Assembly (NCBI GenBank): GCA_002633005.1
Contig: NMRA01000283.1
Coordinates: forward strand, 186,001 to 250,000
Length of the DNA stretch: 64,000 bases
Direction: 5' to 3'
From: Phoronis australis
Taxonomy: Eukaryota; Animalia; Phoronida
Notes under the pieces: generated by a model
Database searches by the model: none
Told to the model about the DNA's origin: nothing
What the model saw: the letters and a program-made list of their open reading frames with translations, nothing else
In this document: piece by piece, positions 1-12,490 of the stretch
How the letters are laid out: each line of letters opens with the position of its first letter
How positions within the stretch are numbered: the first letter of the stretch is position 1
Translations under genes and position numbers: made by a program

Positions 1-250
1 AACTAATCTTACTCTAGTTCAATCTGTCGCATCATTTGTTTATAATAGTCTGCTGTTGTATTGACGTGTTGTAAGTCAATGTCACTTTTCACTTTTCTCC
101 TTTCTCTTATTCTTGCGTATATTGATAACAGTTTAACATTCCTATTTATTACTGTGTGTTCATTGTCTGAAGCCCGGATATAATACTAACTTCGGTTTCA
201 GGGCTGCATTTTATAATATTAGTATATTTTTGTGGGTCTTAATAAATTGG
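1..250 (+). mobile_element. 3' end of a CR1-like LINE (ORF2 tail, 3' UTR stem-loop, AATAAA)
   Basis: Frame 2..64 reads TNLTLVQSVASFVYNSLLLY*, resembling the ORF end of the LINE at 33372-34278 (LNEFLLSNVSKFLYTVYQYCCI*). The hairpin AGCCCGGATATAATACT..CGGTTTCAGGGCT (171-205) matches that LINE's 3' hairpin AACCCAGATATAATGCT..CGGTTTCTGGGTT and is followed by AATAAA. Confidence 0.55.
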
Positions 251-300
251 TAAGTGGAGTATGAGTCTGAAATGTTAAGAAAATGTCTGTATCTGTATGA

Positions 301-388
301 TACAGTGGACTTAAACAGTCCTCTTAATAGGACATGCCTGTTTACACTGGACTCTAACAGTCCTCTCATTGGACCATCACCTGTTTAC
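301..388. repeat. Two-copy ~43-bp tandem repeat
   Basis: tacagtggacttaaacagtcctcttaataggacatgcctgtt / tacactggactctaacagtcctctcattggaccatcacctgtt. Confidence 0.75.
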
Positions 389-2002
389 TCAATACCTAAA
401 ATGACTCGCAGGTTACCTCAAGCACACAAGGTGACGTTTTAAACCTACCCACACCACAATGATTTCCACCTCTAAACATGTCTTCCATGGCATCATAAGT
501 TTCAAAAAGCCAGGGGTTTTGACGAGATGTGGCAACCCATAAAAATTGGGCCATTTCAAGTCAATATTAAGTGACCCTTTTATTCCTTTTAATGGTAAAT
601 GTCAATTGTCACCGTGACAAGGGAAACTACGAAACAAATTTGGAAGAGTTAATATTGTGATTTTTGTATTGGGCGGTAGCTGGGGCTGACATGTACCTTT
701 AATATCCAGTCATCTGTAGCGAATAGCCACTCCTAAACTATGAATTTCGAAACTTTCTTTTTCTGGCTAGTTTTTTTTTTCTGAAAATCGTGTCCGCTTC
801 CCGTAGCACAAAAATTTCCACGATGTATCTACTTGTATGTCAAATTGTCATAAATTTCCAACAGAACTTGCACATGTACATGCATGAAATATGTCTATTT
901 TATTTCCGGGAACTTAGGAGCAAAACACAGTTGAGTAGTTTAGTTTGCTCTCAAGTAAAACATCTAGTGCAGCTCAAAAGATGCACTTAGCTGAAACTAA
1001 AAGGTGCGCTGCGTTGTTGCAAACGCTAGTTATTTCTACCGGAAATTAGATTTAAATGTCTGAAGTATTTTTGTCATGGAAAACTGCGAATGTCTAATGA
1101 AGCTGAGTCAATTCCCCGGATTAAAGCAACAAGATATGTTTTGGAATGCTTTTCCATGCATTTCTAATTGCTTGTGAGAGGTAGAAGCATGACCTTAAAT
1201 CAGCATTGTAGTAGGAGTGATTGTTTTGTTTACTTGTTTGTAGCAGGCTCGTGGTGTGGTTCGAATGATTTCTGAAACGACGGACCTTTGCAATCGTCGA
1301 CACTGTAGAGTTTTCGGTAAGGTCCTTGATGCAACTTAGTTAGGGGGAAGGGAAATCTGTATACATAACATTGACTCTAAGTTCTATGTTCTTGAGATGA
1401 GACAGAATTCGTAATACCAGAAATGAGGATTCTCTCAAAGAACGGGGGTCAAATTCGGATGTAATGTGGTCCAGAAACAGAACGTTCTAGCGTTACCACC
1501 TGCCAAACTTTCAAATCAGGCGTGATTAAATGAGTGGTTACACTTCATTACATACTCGTACGGAAATGTTTAGTCGGATAATGACTTGAATTTTTTCATC
1601 TGGTTGCATTTTGCGTGTTACTTAAGTTGTTTACATCGATGGAAATGGGAACAGCGCACTATTGCGAAGGCTCACTACTCTGATAGTTCATTACTCCGAA
1701 AATATCTAAAATTTCGGACTCGGGTGTAATTTTTATTCTTTCACATGCAAAAAATAAACAATACTTCGGTTATTAGATGCACGGAGTGGTGTACCAATAT
1801 CCAAACCAACGCCCGGATTTCATGCGCATGCGAATTTGACCGCTTGTCTTACGAATACAGAAAAATGAGTACGTATTTGCATTTTTAAAAGAATGTGAAG
1901 TAGGAATATTGATGAATAGGGCCCGGCGTCCCAGGTTACACAGCGACACGTGAGTCTCGATCCCTGTATATATCCACAACGCCGTAAACAACCGCAAAAC
2001 AC

Positions 2003-2330
2003 ATTCAGTGCTGCCTAGTTTTCGTGCTACTGGAAATTCATGTGTTAGTTGGTTGTTGTCTGATTAGTTTACAAATTTTTCTCGGTTGTATTACACTATT
2101 CGTCCTTGCAATGCCCTCGAAGTTTTGCTGTGGCTGCAACTCCGACGTGAAAAAGTTTGATAAACAGGACAAATACCCGTGGATGCGTGATCTGAAATTT
2201 AATTATTCGCCTTCCCGACATCAGTGAGAGACACGAAAATGTCCCTGATTTCCGAGATCACGCGCTTTCTTTCTTATCTGTAGGACAAATGAGAGTTCTA
2301 TCGCCGTGTAATCCGGGACAGGCCAATTAT
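2003..2330 (+). mobile_element. Non-autonomous DNA transposon fragment carrying a THAP-domain N-terminus (second copy at 43010-43276)
   Basis: From 2111 reads MPSKFCCGCNSDVKKFDKQDKYPWMRDLKF..P, a THAP-like MP..CC..C start. The nucleotide sequence aligns with 43010-43276 (attcagtgctgcct...gtgtaatccg). Confidence 0.6.
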
Positions 2331-2484
2331 CCACAATACATGCATCGAATCCATGTCAAGATCGCGTCATTTCACAGCGTGACTGAAAAGTTTAGGGCCG
2401 CTGCGCCTCAATATCACCCACCGGAACCACGCTCACGACCGGATCGAAACTAAATGTACAGTGTAGTTGGTGGGCTACCTATCT

Positions 2485-2857
2485 CCCAGTAAACATGCAG
2501 GTACTGGGCCAATACTGGCCCTGAACTGTCTCAGGCCCAATGTTGTAGGCCAGTTCTGGCCCAATAACATTTTGCACACCTTCTCGATATTTGGCCGGTA
2601 TAAGATTGCGACATCAGGCCAGTAAAGGGACAGTACGAGGCCACTACCGGGCCAGTACACCAAAAACCGGTCTCGGCCCTATAAAGGACCAGTATTGCCA
2701 GACTGTGTTGGCCCTGCACAGGGCCATTGATGGGCTCATATTAAGCCAGTACTCTAATTACATAGGCGAAAGTGCAGTGGTGGGCCAGTACAGTGCCAGT
2801 ATTGAACCACTAAGGTTGCCTTTACAGGCCCAATGCAGGAATATTAATGTTTGTGGG
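2485..2857. mobile_element. EnSpm/CACTA-type MITE with CCCAG termini and subterminal (T/A)GGGCC repeats
   Basis: Starts CCCAGTAAACA and ends TGTTTGTGGG. The interior is packed with tactgggccaa/ggcccaat/ggccagta units in both orientations. Confidence 0.6.
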
Positions 2858-3607
2858 TATAGCGAAACAACAGGTTTTTTTTAATGCTTCAGGTTTTTAA
2901 CTCCTACAACATTCACTTTGTTGGTCATTTCAATCCTATTGCATATGCAGCTGTGACTTACAAGAAGAAAGGGCTCTTGTTCTTTAATGCTTTCATTACT
3001 ATGAAACTGCTAAGGTAAAATACTTACAAAAAATGATGAATTATGTAAATAAAAACTAAGCAACTAACTAATTTTTACAAAACTGTCTCGGGCTGGTGAG
3101 TGGACTGGTAGCTTCACACAGTCTTCGCCCTCCCTCCCTGTCTCGAGCGTTTCGGAACATGGTGCCTCTTTTACTATAAAGCTTGCATTAGTATTACTGT
3201 GCTCCTTGATCACAATCCCTGAAATAAAACAACGCCTGCTTAGTATCTCAGAGTACAAACTAACAGACTCCACTATACATTTTCCAGATAAGTTATGCAT
3301 AATAAGAATTACCTAAAGACAATACACCATTCCAACACAAAACTTATTTGAAATGCATAATCTTCAAGATATATAAATGTTTCATCCTTTTTGAACACAA
3401 GTATTACAGCTGGTCGTAGGACATCAGTTTCTTGTAATAAATGTTTTCAGAAGCGACTTTTTATTCATTCCATTTCTTTCCAAAATTTCTATTTGGTTAC
3501 CATTTAAGATTCCTAAAAATACTTCACAATCTGTTACAAAAAAGTCTCGTGAGCATCAATTGATGGTTTTGCTCGTGTTTACACACAATTGACACTGATG
3601 TTACTTT

Positions 3608-4061
3608 TTCAACTTCATCCCCAAGTCTCAAGATGGCGCTGATCGGTTTAGTCATTTGAGGCTTGGTTATGGGAATTACTTTCTGGCAGTGATTGACCGA
3701 TGCCTTGACATCATTGAACAAAGGCAGATTGTAATTGTTTTCACATTGCAGCAATTCATGCGACAGAAGGCAATGTTTTAGTTAATCTCTGAAATAAAGG
3801 TTGTTATTATTTTCAATTTTTATTTATGAATAGTATTAATCTGTTTTCAAATCAAAATACATCATTTTTGCAATTGTTTAGACCTAAATTGCTGCAATAT
3901 ACCGTTGTTTTTCATTTTTATATAAAACTGCAGAAAATTTCGAAATACTTGTGATATTCCGGCAATTTCAGTAAGAAGTCTGACACATCTCATTTCTCAT
4001 TACCAAGACTCAAATGGCTTAACTGATCAGCACCATCGTGAGGCTTGGAGACGAGGCTGAG
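3608..4061. repeat. Inverted pair of 66-bp coding-like segments (3608-3673 minus, 3996-4061 plus)
   Basis: 52/66 nt identical. Translations are PITKPQMTKPISAILRLGDEVE and LITKTQMA*LISTIVRLGDEAE. Confidence 0.7.
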
Positions 4062-6227
4062 TGCTGCTTATATTGTACGACGGCGCGAGTGCACAAAGTT
4101 TTGAAAGAAGTAAACACAGCAACAAAACGGGGATTTTTTACGTTTCATAAGATCGCCAATAGCTCGCATTGTTTTGGATTTTGATATTTGGGCGTATGGA
4201 GTTTCGTTGTGAAACAACTAAAATGAGATAGAACATGTAAAATGGGCGTATAGTAAATAGATGGAAGTTCCTAACAATCTTTAAAGCCCCACAGCACAGT
4301 TTCGGAGGTCGAATTCAAACTTAAGTAAAGCAAATTTTGCATGGGAGAAACGGATTTCAGAAGCAAATTTTCAACTCCACTTGATCCCTAGAAGATTTAC
4401 GTAAACTCCGTGTACTCAACTTATTTTATGGAGAAAGCTCTAAAAGAGTTATGCAAATAAACAAAAATTTCAATCAAAGAGGAACTCCCCCCCTCCCCCC
4501 AAGGCCAAACCTTTAGAACCTTTAGGGTCTATGTCACACCCTCGCAATGTTCTCAACTTTTCTATACTAGCAGGTGTTTCATGAAAACTGATGCTCAGCA
4601 ACTGCTATCAATTGCTTAACGACAAGTACTCTTTTGTTATCTTACTTAAAAAAGTCAAGTAGTCATGCTGGCGCGCAACTGGCAAATATAATCCAGACAC
4701 TTGACTTTATATTTCGTTCACAACTGACGTCATTCACTAGGCTACTTAGTAAAATATAAAGGTTAGACTGTTAAAGTTGCTCAGAATTTTCTCAAATGAG
4801 AATGGAACTTAATAACAAAATTAGCACCAAACACATTTTTGAATACCTTCTTTCACTTATCATATTAAACTGCCTTCGAGTGGTGATTTGCAAACAAAAA
4901 TCTTGAAACCCATTAAGGTTAATTTTGACGTTCATGGCAGACGACCTTCGTACACATCCGGATTTTTCATAGACAGTACTGAAACAATTCCGAGGCTCTG
5001 TTTAGCCCGCTCACGAAAGCTAATTGAGTGTCCTTTACGTAATTTAATTTCAATATGAATGCATTTAAACTCTGGGTTTGCAAAATAACCTTGTTTAAAA
5101 CTGAAGAATATCTAAGTAGGGATTACTGCGAAAACCGGCAGTTGCCGATAGCTAATTTTCTGGAACGAAATGGATGGTCTGACATCAGAAATCTCCACCA
5201 AAGCCGAGAAATGTTTGTTGCGCTTCAAACAAGAGCAGTCCATAAAGTCAAGATCAAACACAAGATAGGTTCTTGCATTTAAATTCTAAGTTACTAGTAA
5301 GTGATAAAATGAGCTATAAGTTGAAGCAAATTACACGTAAATGGAAATCTAAACTGCATACAAATTTCTTGATTTTGACACAGGGTTTGCTTGCACAAAC
5401 TCAATAATTATTTTATCTTTGACAGACGTACAAGTTTAAAGACAAGTGAAATCCGCCATGTTAACTATTTAGCCTCCTTGAATTAAGAGTTTTGTGTTTC
5501 CTTTGGAAATTCTGTAACCAATTCACCATTCACAACTTGGGCAATTCAATGGGATCAAGGAAAGAAGGCTTCTGATGTTTATGCAGGGATATTACATTTG
5601 TTCAAATAGTGCATACAAAAGGGCAAATGTACATTGCAGTAGATGTACTTCCAACATCCAGCGCATCTTTTAAAACGAAGTCTTTCAAAATTCAAGATTC
5701 TATTAGTTAACTTACAGTCGTAGAACTTACGGGTAATGTATAGGTTGAAGATTACATTAAGATTAGTGAACATTTTCCAATATTTGATCGTAAATTACCA
5801 TTCCTGCTTACAACTTTTACTTGAGCATGACTGTGTTCTAATTTTCAATGCCCTTGAGGTTTCTGTTTCATATGTTACCACCAGGGGCACCCAAAGGGTA
5901 CAGGTTCAAATGTGGTCAGGAATAACCTTGTTTATGTAATACCAGTCTGCGGTGCACACAGATTTTACGTGCATTTAGAACAGTTGAAACTGGAAACATA
6001 GGCTTAGCAAAGTTTTAGTGTCCAACCTTTATGTTTCTTATATGGTTAAAACTTATGGGCCATCCGGAAATTTGTTGGCTTGTGTTGTAAATCACAGGAA
6101 TCATCAACTTCTGATCATCCTCAATACACTAAAATATAACAAGGCACGACACTCGGAACTAGGAATTCCATGAGTGCTTCACGTTACACAAAAATCTTCT
6201 CAAAAGCTGATGTCAGACCTTTTATGA

Positions 6228-6326
6228 TTATAGTGCATTCGGGAAGATCAGACTCGGAGGCTGAGGATGCTTGTGGTATAACTCACAGTCGTCCTCAGCC
6301 TCTGACAGTACCCAACACCACTATAA
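6228..6326. mobile_element. Short palindromic (foldback) element
   Basis: ttatagtg...cactataa termini enclose the stem gaggctgaggatg / cgtcctcagcctc. Confidence 0.5.
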
Positions 6327-7889
6327 ATATATACCACAATATATGACACTCATGACTAAAAATTTCATGGGTGCTTCACTAATTCACTACAGCTGTCCAT
6401 ATCAAGCGCAAAACTCAATAAATTTATAAAAAAACAGGGGTTCAGCAAACCATGAGCAAATGACCAACTGTACTTCCTTCTGATAGAATTTACAGTGTCC
6501 AGCTCTGGACAGTGAGTGCGCAAAAAAATCGCGGTCGAAGCACAAAATTCTGTGCAGAAACCAGATGTGTACTGTCAACGTGCCCCACTTGAGTCGATAC
6601 GGAATTATACGATGACTTACGGCCGGACGGAAATTGCCGATTTATCACGGAAGGTATCAGAATGGTATGGATAAGTGTGGAGTTAGTGACCTTCCCCCAT
6701 GAATCCGCAATTTCCATGCAGCACATTGACAGTACGCGTCGACTTTTTGGGAAGATTTTTTGCTTTGATCGCGAATTTGTTGCAAACTTGAAGGAGCAGG
6801 GCACCGTAAATGCTAAGCAGTTGCATCGCCCTGAATGCTGCAGGCATGCGATAGTATAGGAAACACGTAGCCCCTCGGTTGGCCGGTTAGGGGCTACAAT
6901 ACTCCCATCGCTTTCTGTACGAATTTCGTCCCGTGTATTTTAAACGGGAGGTAGACCAAATCTGGCCACCGATTAGAAGTTTTCACCTCGTCAAAAATAC
7001 ATTCCACAATTGAAACTATGGCTTAAAAAGCGCTTACTTTCTTCAGTGGTCCTTTCTACATGTACTTCTACATGTCTTCGATGAAGCTTAGTTACGAGAA
7101 TTAAAGGAGAATGTCACCATAAAACAACCTATTTTGTATCAGTTTAGATCGAGTAGTTCTACTCGATAACGGCAGGTTCGGTTGCATTACCTGACACCTG
7201 ACGGTAGACTGAGGTGTTGAAATTATACAATGACGTAAATGGTTTCACACGCAGTCTGTTCAGCAGTTCACAACACGGGTTAGTGGTGTCTGCTTACCGC
7301 TTGAATTCATCGTTTAACACCAATAAATCATTAAACTTCGACTTAAAACCCTTAAAAATACGCCGACTTCTTATAAAAACGTGTTGTTTTATTTTGCTGT
7401 TACGGATTTAATGGTAATTAGACATACCGTATCCTACAAAGTTCGGCATGCCAATTTACCAAGGTCGGTAGCAGGAGTTTGGGGTCTGTTTGGAGATAAA
7501 TTCAAAGTATTCTTCCGTGAAATACAGACAGCAGAACCTAGATCTGTGTTGTTTGTACTTGTGATTTTTTGAGTTCTTAACATATGAAATGCTTGTTATC
7601 CCGGCCAGGTCCGTTGGGGCCGCCAGGACTGGCACGAAATTATTTATGTGAATTAGGCACGAAACTGAAAATCTACTTACTTTTCGGGGGCCGTGAAGTC
7701 GGGTTCCCCTTCCACAGACCGTCATGGCAAAGGTTGTACAGTAACAATGATTTGAATAATGTGTTTGTATTTCTATATAAAGATTCCCCTAACATGTGAC
7801 CATAGCATATAAAATGGAGTAATTGTTTCACAACAGCTTTCTGTCAGCAAACACTGAATTAGCATGCGCTCACACGGCCTCGGTGCCCG

Positions 7890-8280
7890 GTCAATTGACC
7901 TATCGCCAGGATTATGACGGACGGCTTAATTGACCAATCAGAACGCAGCATTCTAGGCACACCTTCGTCTGCGTTTCCAAGCCGCCAAACCACACGTAGT
8001 CGAGTAAAACTTACTTTATTCTATAGCACAAGAATGGGGGAATGGTGTTGATATGGCGTATGTAGCACCGACATCCGTTATGCTGCTCCAGAATAATATC
8101 CCGTCATTTTTTGGTATGTCCTAAGCCGAAAAAAATGATGTTGAAAAGCGTAAACTATGGATCAAACTGTACGTCCACACGAGCAGCTGAACTTAGCGAT
8201 GTTGTTTGATAACTCGAAGACTATAATAAACACAAATATAATAGTTCCAAGATACGCACTTCTCAGCTTGGTGGCTATGG
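7890..8280 (+). mobile_element. DNA transposon remnant with CCAAT-box leader and degenerate THAP domain
   Basis: Frameshifted 8042-8195 reads YGVCSTDIRY..PKPK..VEKRKLWIKL..RPHEQLN, a THAP subtype (C..G.C..D.RY...PKP....KC.RWIK.C.RPH). The leader 7892-8020 (aattgacctatcgcc..gaccaatcagaacgcagca..cacaccttcgt) recurs at 43781-43900. Confidence 0.55.
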
Positions 8281-8449
8281 TGCAGGGCTATCTCAGATTT
8301 TGACTCCCGAGTTTCCTACGTCTGGCAGCCTTTGTCTCGGCACCTGCTGGATCTCAGCACTCTAGCGGTTGTCCCCGGAAATTGTTGTTTTCAAGGACAT
8401 TTTTATTTTATGTTTTTTTATTTATTCCAACCTAATGGATATTATTTTG

Positions 8450-8588
8450 TTTCGTATCATTCTTCACTACCGCGAGCCACTTCCTAAGCATATTGGGCTC
8501 TCGAGGAAGTCGAAAAAACGATATACCCGCTTTCTTCGCAGCTTCATGTTCGCACAAATGGGAACGATGCACCGCAATATAGCGGCAT
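8450..8588 (-). pseudogene. THAP zinc-finger remnant (transposon-derived)
   Basis: With frameshifts reads MPLYC-CIVPICAN-AKKAGISFFRLPREPNMLRKWLAVVK, containing the THAP CxxxxC, SFFRxP and RxxW motifs. Confidence 0.65.
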
Positions 8589-8952
8589 TCGCTCTCCAGA
8601 CGAACCACTGACGTCGCTGCGTCATTTCTCACCTTCCTCACAAGTTAACCTCTCGGCAAGTTGAGGTCGACCGTATAAGAGGCGATGTGGATATAGATCG
8701 ATTAAGACGTTAAAAAAAACTAATTAAATGGGGTGGCATTCTCCTGGTCACTTTGGCGAAGAATTCCAACTCCACTGTTTTGGTCATCGTTAACTTTTTC
8801 ACCACGTGCGTGATAACCAAAAAGTATTTCAACTGAGTCACGTGAGTTATAGACATAGGCTAGCACGAGACTGAGCGAAGCGCGTGACGCTGACGCGTGA
8901 CAAAATAGCATGGGAAGGAATCAGGTGAAATTTGAAAGACTTGTGTCACTTG

Positions 8953-9048
8953 CATGCCCCATTTTTTAGTCCTCCCGCTTTTTTGTTAGCAAAACGTCCA
9001 CTTTGTCAGAGATTCGAGCCCCCATATTAAAGGCCGGGTGCGCACATG
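8953..9048 (-). mobile_element. hAT-like MITE family with CATG(T/A/C)GCGCACCC end, partial copy
   Basis: Ends gggtgcgcacatg. Shares ggggggctcga and internal sequence with 12267-12490, 13347-13580, 20305-20544 and 38395-38550. Confidence 0.5.
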
Positions 9049-9580
9049 CCTTGTACTTTTTATTCGTCAACACGCGTGATTTCACGTAACTTCTTCAAAA
9101 TGGCACCCGGTAAGAGAAACTCGAGCAAAACACGACAGATTTTTATCAATTTGTTCAAATTATCTTTGACTGATTGTCTCCACGGCGGACTGACACTTAT
9201 AGTATGACTGAGTTAATTATAACTCCATGTGAATATACACATGTTTCATTGGATCTTATTTCCTGTATTTTGAAATTCGTAACTTTTTGTGGGGATGTAC
9301 TATCTTCCCAGTATGTCTGCAGCATCCCGGCAGGGCGATGTAATTGCCTAGTACAGCCGCGTAAAAATTTCAAATTACAGCAAATAAAATAAAAAAAAAC
9401 ATGCATATAAACACATGGAATTATAATTAACGCATCAGAAGAAATTAACAATTACTCGTGGTTTGCTGGACCCGTTTAGCATACTTTTATTGAGTTTTGT
9501 GTCTGATATGTTCGACTGAAGTGAAGCACACGTGGAATTCCTAATCCCTAGTGCCATATCATATAGTATACTGTAATTTT

Positions 9581-9864
9581 CAGTGGCGGATCTAGGATAC
9601 CATAAGGGGGGACAACATGTTGCCTCGGGGAATTGGGCAAGTCGCGATGGCATGTGTGAACAAGCGGCCCGAAAGTTGCGGGGACTTCCCGTTCAAGAAA
9701 TCTCTCTGTGGACTAAAAAAAACGGGTACACGATTCTGACGGCGGTCTGAGCCCCCTCATCCGCTACCGGTCCTAGTTACTAGATTACTGAACTCAATAT
9801 TTCCTCACGGCAGCCAAGGGAGGGGGGGTTGGGCCCCCTGCCCCCCCTCCTAAATCCGCCTATG
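9581..9864 (-). mobile_element. hAT-like MITE (CATAGGCGGATTTAG...CTAGATCCGCCACTG family)
   Basis: Termini cagtggcggatctagg / cctaaatccgcctatg. Flanks ATTTT/ATTTG give a 4/5 match to a 5-bp TSD. Confidence 0.75.
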
Positions 9865-10279
9865 ATTTGTATTGGCCTCTGGAGACGGTCAGGGCAGAAG
9901 CTGAGAACGTCTGTGGTATAAATCAGGTTGTACACTCTTACAGAGATTGACACGGCATTCAAACTAAGCAAACAAATTTGAAACTTACCAGAAATCTGAA
10001 GTTCAGTGTCAAAATCCTTCACTACTCTGTTACACACGCTGGTTCCAAACTGTAGAAAATCTCTCAACAGCTCAAGTGTTCTTCAATGGAATTTTCGAAA
10101 TGGCGGTTTTTAATGAGAGTGATCTGGCGAAAAGTTTTCTAAAGAATAGAATTTTTTAAGATAAAACTTAGTGTTAAATTAGTAAGCGCTCCCCTGTGGG
10201 CAAGCCCATAACTGCCCTCATGTGTTCAAGTCTGTATTTACTGCTCAAGCAGTCGTTTTACAGTATTGGGCCATTAGTA

Positions 10280-11244
10280 CATAGGCGAATTTAGGGGGGG
10301 GCGCCAGGGTGCCCCCCCCCCCTTCGCTGCCGCAAAAAAAGTAAAACAGCAAGAGCGTAGGGAAATGTTGAGTTTATCAATTAACCCCGGTAATTAACAT
10401 TATACGGCGGAAAAAAGATTGAAATGTGTGCAGTTTTAGAATGTTTGGGGGGGGGGGGCTCAGATCCAATTTCAAGTGTCAAATTCGGAACACGGCTCAA
10501 TAGTAGCGGAACTTTGGCTAAGTATAGGCTCTACCTCGATCTCCCAGGCGACCGGCAGTGGCGCTGCACACTACGACTCCGTTTCCGTCGTCTGCTTCAC
10601 TGTGCAATGAAGTAAATTACTTCATTTTTTAAAGAATATGGAATCTGAGTGACGATGAAAAAACAGAAGCTGCTGGTAAGATGTGAATTTTAATCGAAGC
10701 CTTAGTTAATCACTCAGAAACTCATAATTCTCTCTTTGCCAAACCTTAAGACGATTTCCAAAGCAATCGCGTCATTAATGCCAACACATAATAACGGATT
10801 TGGTCTTTTTGGACAATTGAAGACTATTCTAAATACAACAAATTTGTTACGCACTGATAGCACAAAATATAAAAAGTGTAATAAACATTAAAAAATGAAG
10901 AAGGTTTCGCGCGCAAACGCTGTGGACCATAAACAAGTAGGTCTCTTAGTAACTAATTAGGAGTTGAATTGTGGTTGCGCAGTAGTAAAGCACGAGCGCT
11001 CTATTCGTCAGGTAGTGAGTTCGAGTCAGTGGTACTTGCAGTTTTCCTGTTTGACACTTTCTTGGGTTTTTTGCTTTTTTTCTTCGATAATACTTCGGGA
11101 ATCAAGGAAAATGCTTGATTTTTAGAGGAAAAAACAGAAAAATTTCCTCCCCCATTGGGTGCTATGCGCATCTACAATCGTGCTTTGCGCAATTGTTTAC
11201 AGACAAAATGTTGGCCCCCTTGTGATATCCTAGATCCGCCACTG
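10280..11244 (+). mobile_element. hAT-like element with 5-bp TSD, containing a tRNA-like segment
   Basis: cataggcgaatttagg...cctagatccgccactg with perfect flanking TAGTA/TAGTA. The left ~110 bp is shared with 45157-45280. Confidence 0.75.
10971..11035 (+). other. tRNA-derived Pol III head (SINE-like)
   Basis: A-box-like TGCGCAGTAGT and B-box GAGTTCGAGTC at tRNA-like spacing. No clean cloverleaf. Confidence 0.35.
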
Positions 11245-11250
11245 TAGTAG

Positions 11251-11330
11251 CCCAGAAAACCGGTAAGCGGTACAAGCGGTAACAAGTAACAGATATCCAG
11301 TACTGGGCCAATACTGTCATGTTTACTGGG
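11251..11330. mobile_element. 80-bp EnSpm-type mini-element related to 2485-2857
   Basis: TIRs CCCAGAAAAC / GTTTACTGGG. Contains gtactgggccaatactg, identical to the first copy. Confidence 0.6.
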
Positions 11331-11617
11331 CTGTCCCTGTCAGTCTTTACGGAGTCAAAGAGTCCCATTATTCAGTCGTCTTAAATTTAAAACTGCCGCT
11401 GGTCACCACAGTCCTGACCCGATGTTGTCTCTGCTCGAAAATGAGTCGTTTGTTAGATTCAAGAATCACGATTGGCAGTGATTGGAACTGAGCTCATTTG
11501 TAAACAGTGCAATTAAAATTTTAAGAACTATTCAACTTTTACATACCCTTGAAATGATAACAAAATGGACCCAAATACAATACTTTATCCATGTCAGTTC
11601 CGACTCATTAGCAGGCA

Positions 11618-11757
11618 ATTGGAGTAATGAACTGTCGGAGTCAGTCTAGCTGGTTTCGGAATTGTGGACATTCGAAGTTGTGAACTTTAGAAGGTAGTGA
11701 ACCCTAGAAGTAGTGAAACTTCAGAGTAGTTAACTTTCGGAATAGTGACATGTAACC
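11618..11757 (-). repeat. ~16-17-bp subterminal repeat array (TTCGGAGTAGTGAAC-like) of a MITE end
   Basis: About 7 degenerate units end in ttcggaatagtgacatgtaacc. The reverse-complement motif occurs at 1650-1700 (cactattgcgaaggctcactactctgatagttcattactccgaa). Confidence 0.6.
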
Positions 11758-12266
11758 TTGGAAAGCTTTTCCATCAAGGTTGTTGCTCGTATGAAGTCTG
11801 CAAGGCTGTGCACCATTGGTACTGACTGACAAGAAAAGACTGTCTTCGTTGAACAAAGTTTTTATTAGGTCTTGATCCAGTTTTCCCTAATAATGTGAAC
11901 ATGCTGGTCAGGGTTTTCTCAGTACAAGAAAACACGGTAGTTAAATGTCTGATTTTTAAACAACAACACAGAACTGCCTATAGTGAACTTACCGTCGGCG
12001 TGCACTGAGTTTAAAAGAATGGAAACGCACACGCGTGTACACGCATGCATGTCAATCCACCAATCCACATCCAAAGTGGACACTGGATGAACTACATATT
12101 TGACGATCACTTTCATTCCAAATTTGAAAATGCCTGCCCTTTATCATTCTACGCCAGCAAGTATACCAAAATAGCCGATAACAAACCTATTTATGCTGTT
12201 TTGTTTCTTGGTCGATTTTAAAGCATTCACACAGCACTACTTTTTGGGAGCGCTCTCGATGCTATG

Positions 12267-12490
12267 CATGAGCGCACCCAGGGGTATTTGGCGAAGTGGG
12301 CAAAGGGGTCTGCCTCAAAGAAACAAAAACTCCAAAAAAGTAGAAAATGAGTCAAAAGTCCACTGAAAAGGCAGGGACTATCTAAATTCGGCGAATGCAC
12401 AATTCATAGCTGTGAACGTATCCCGTTTTTTTGGTAAAAGGTCCTCATTCTCAAAAATTTGAGAGTCCACTTTTTAGGCTCGTTGGGCTC
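12267..12490 (-). mobile_element. hAT-like MITE, CATG..GCGCACCC family
   Basis: The reverse complement aligns with 20330-20544 (agctatgaattgtgcattc..tggacttttg..ttttctactttttt). Confidence 0.7.

Noticed and set aside
2485-2884. Overlapping ORFs 2475-2884 as genes
   Set aside because: They arise from GC-rich subterminal repeats of a MITE and have no protein motifs.
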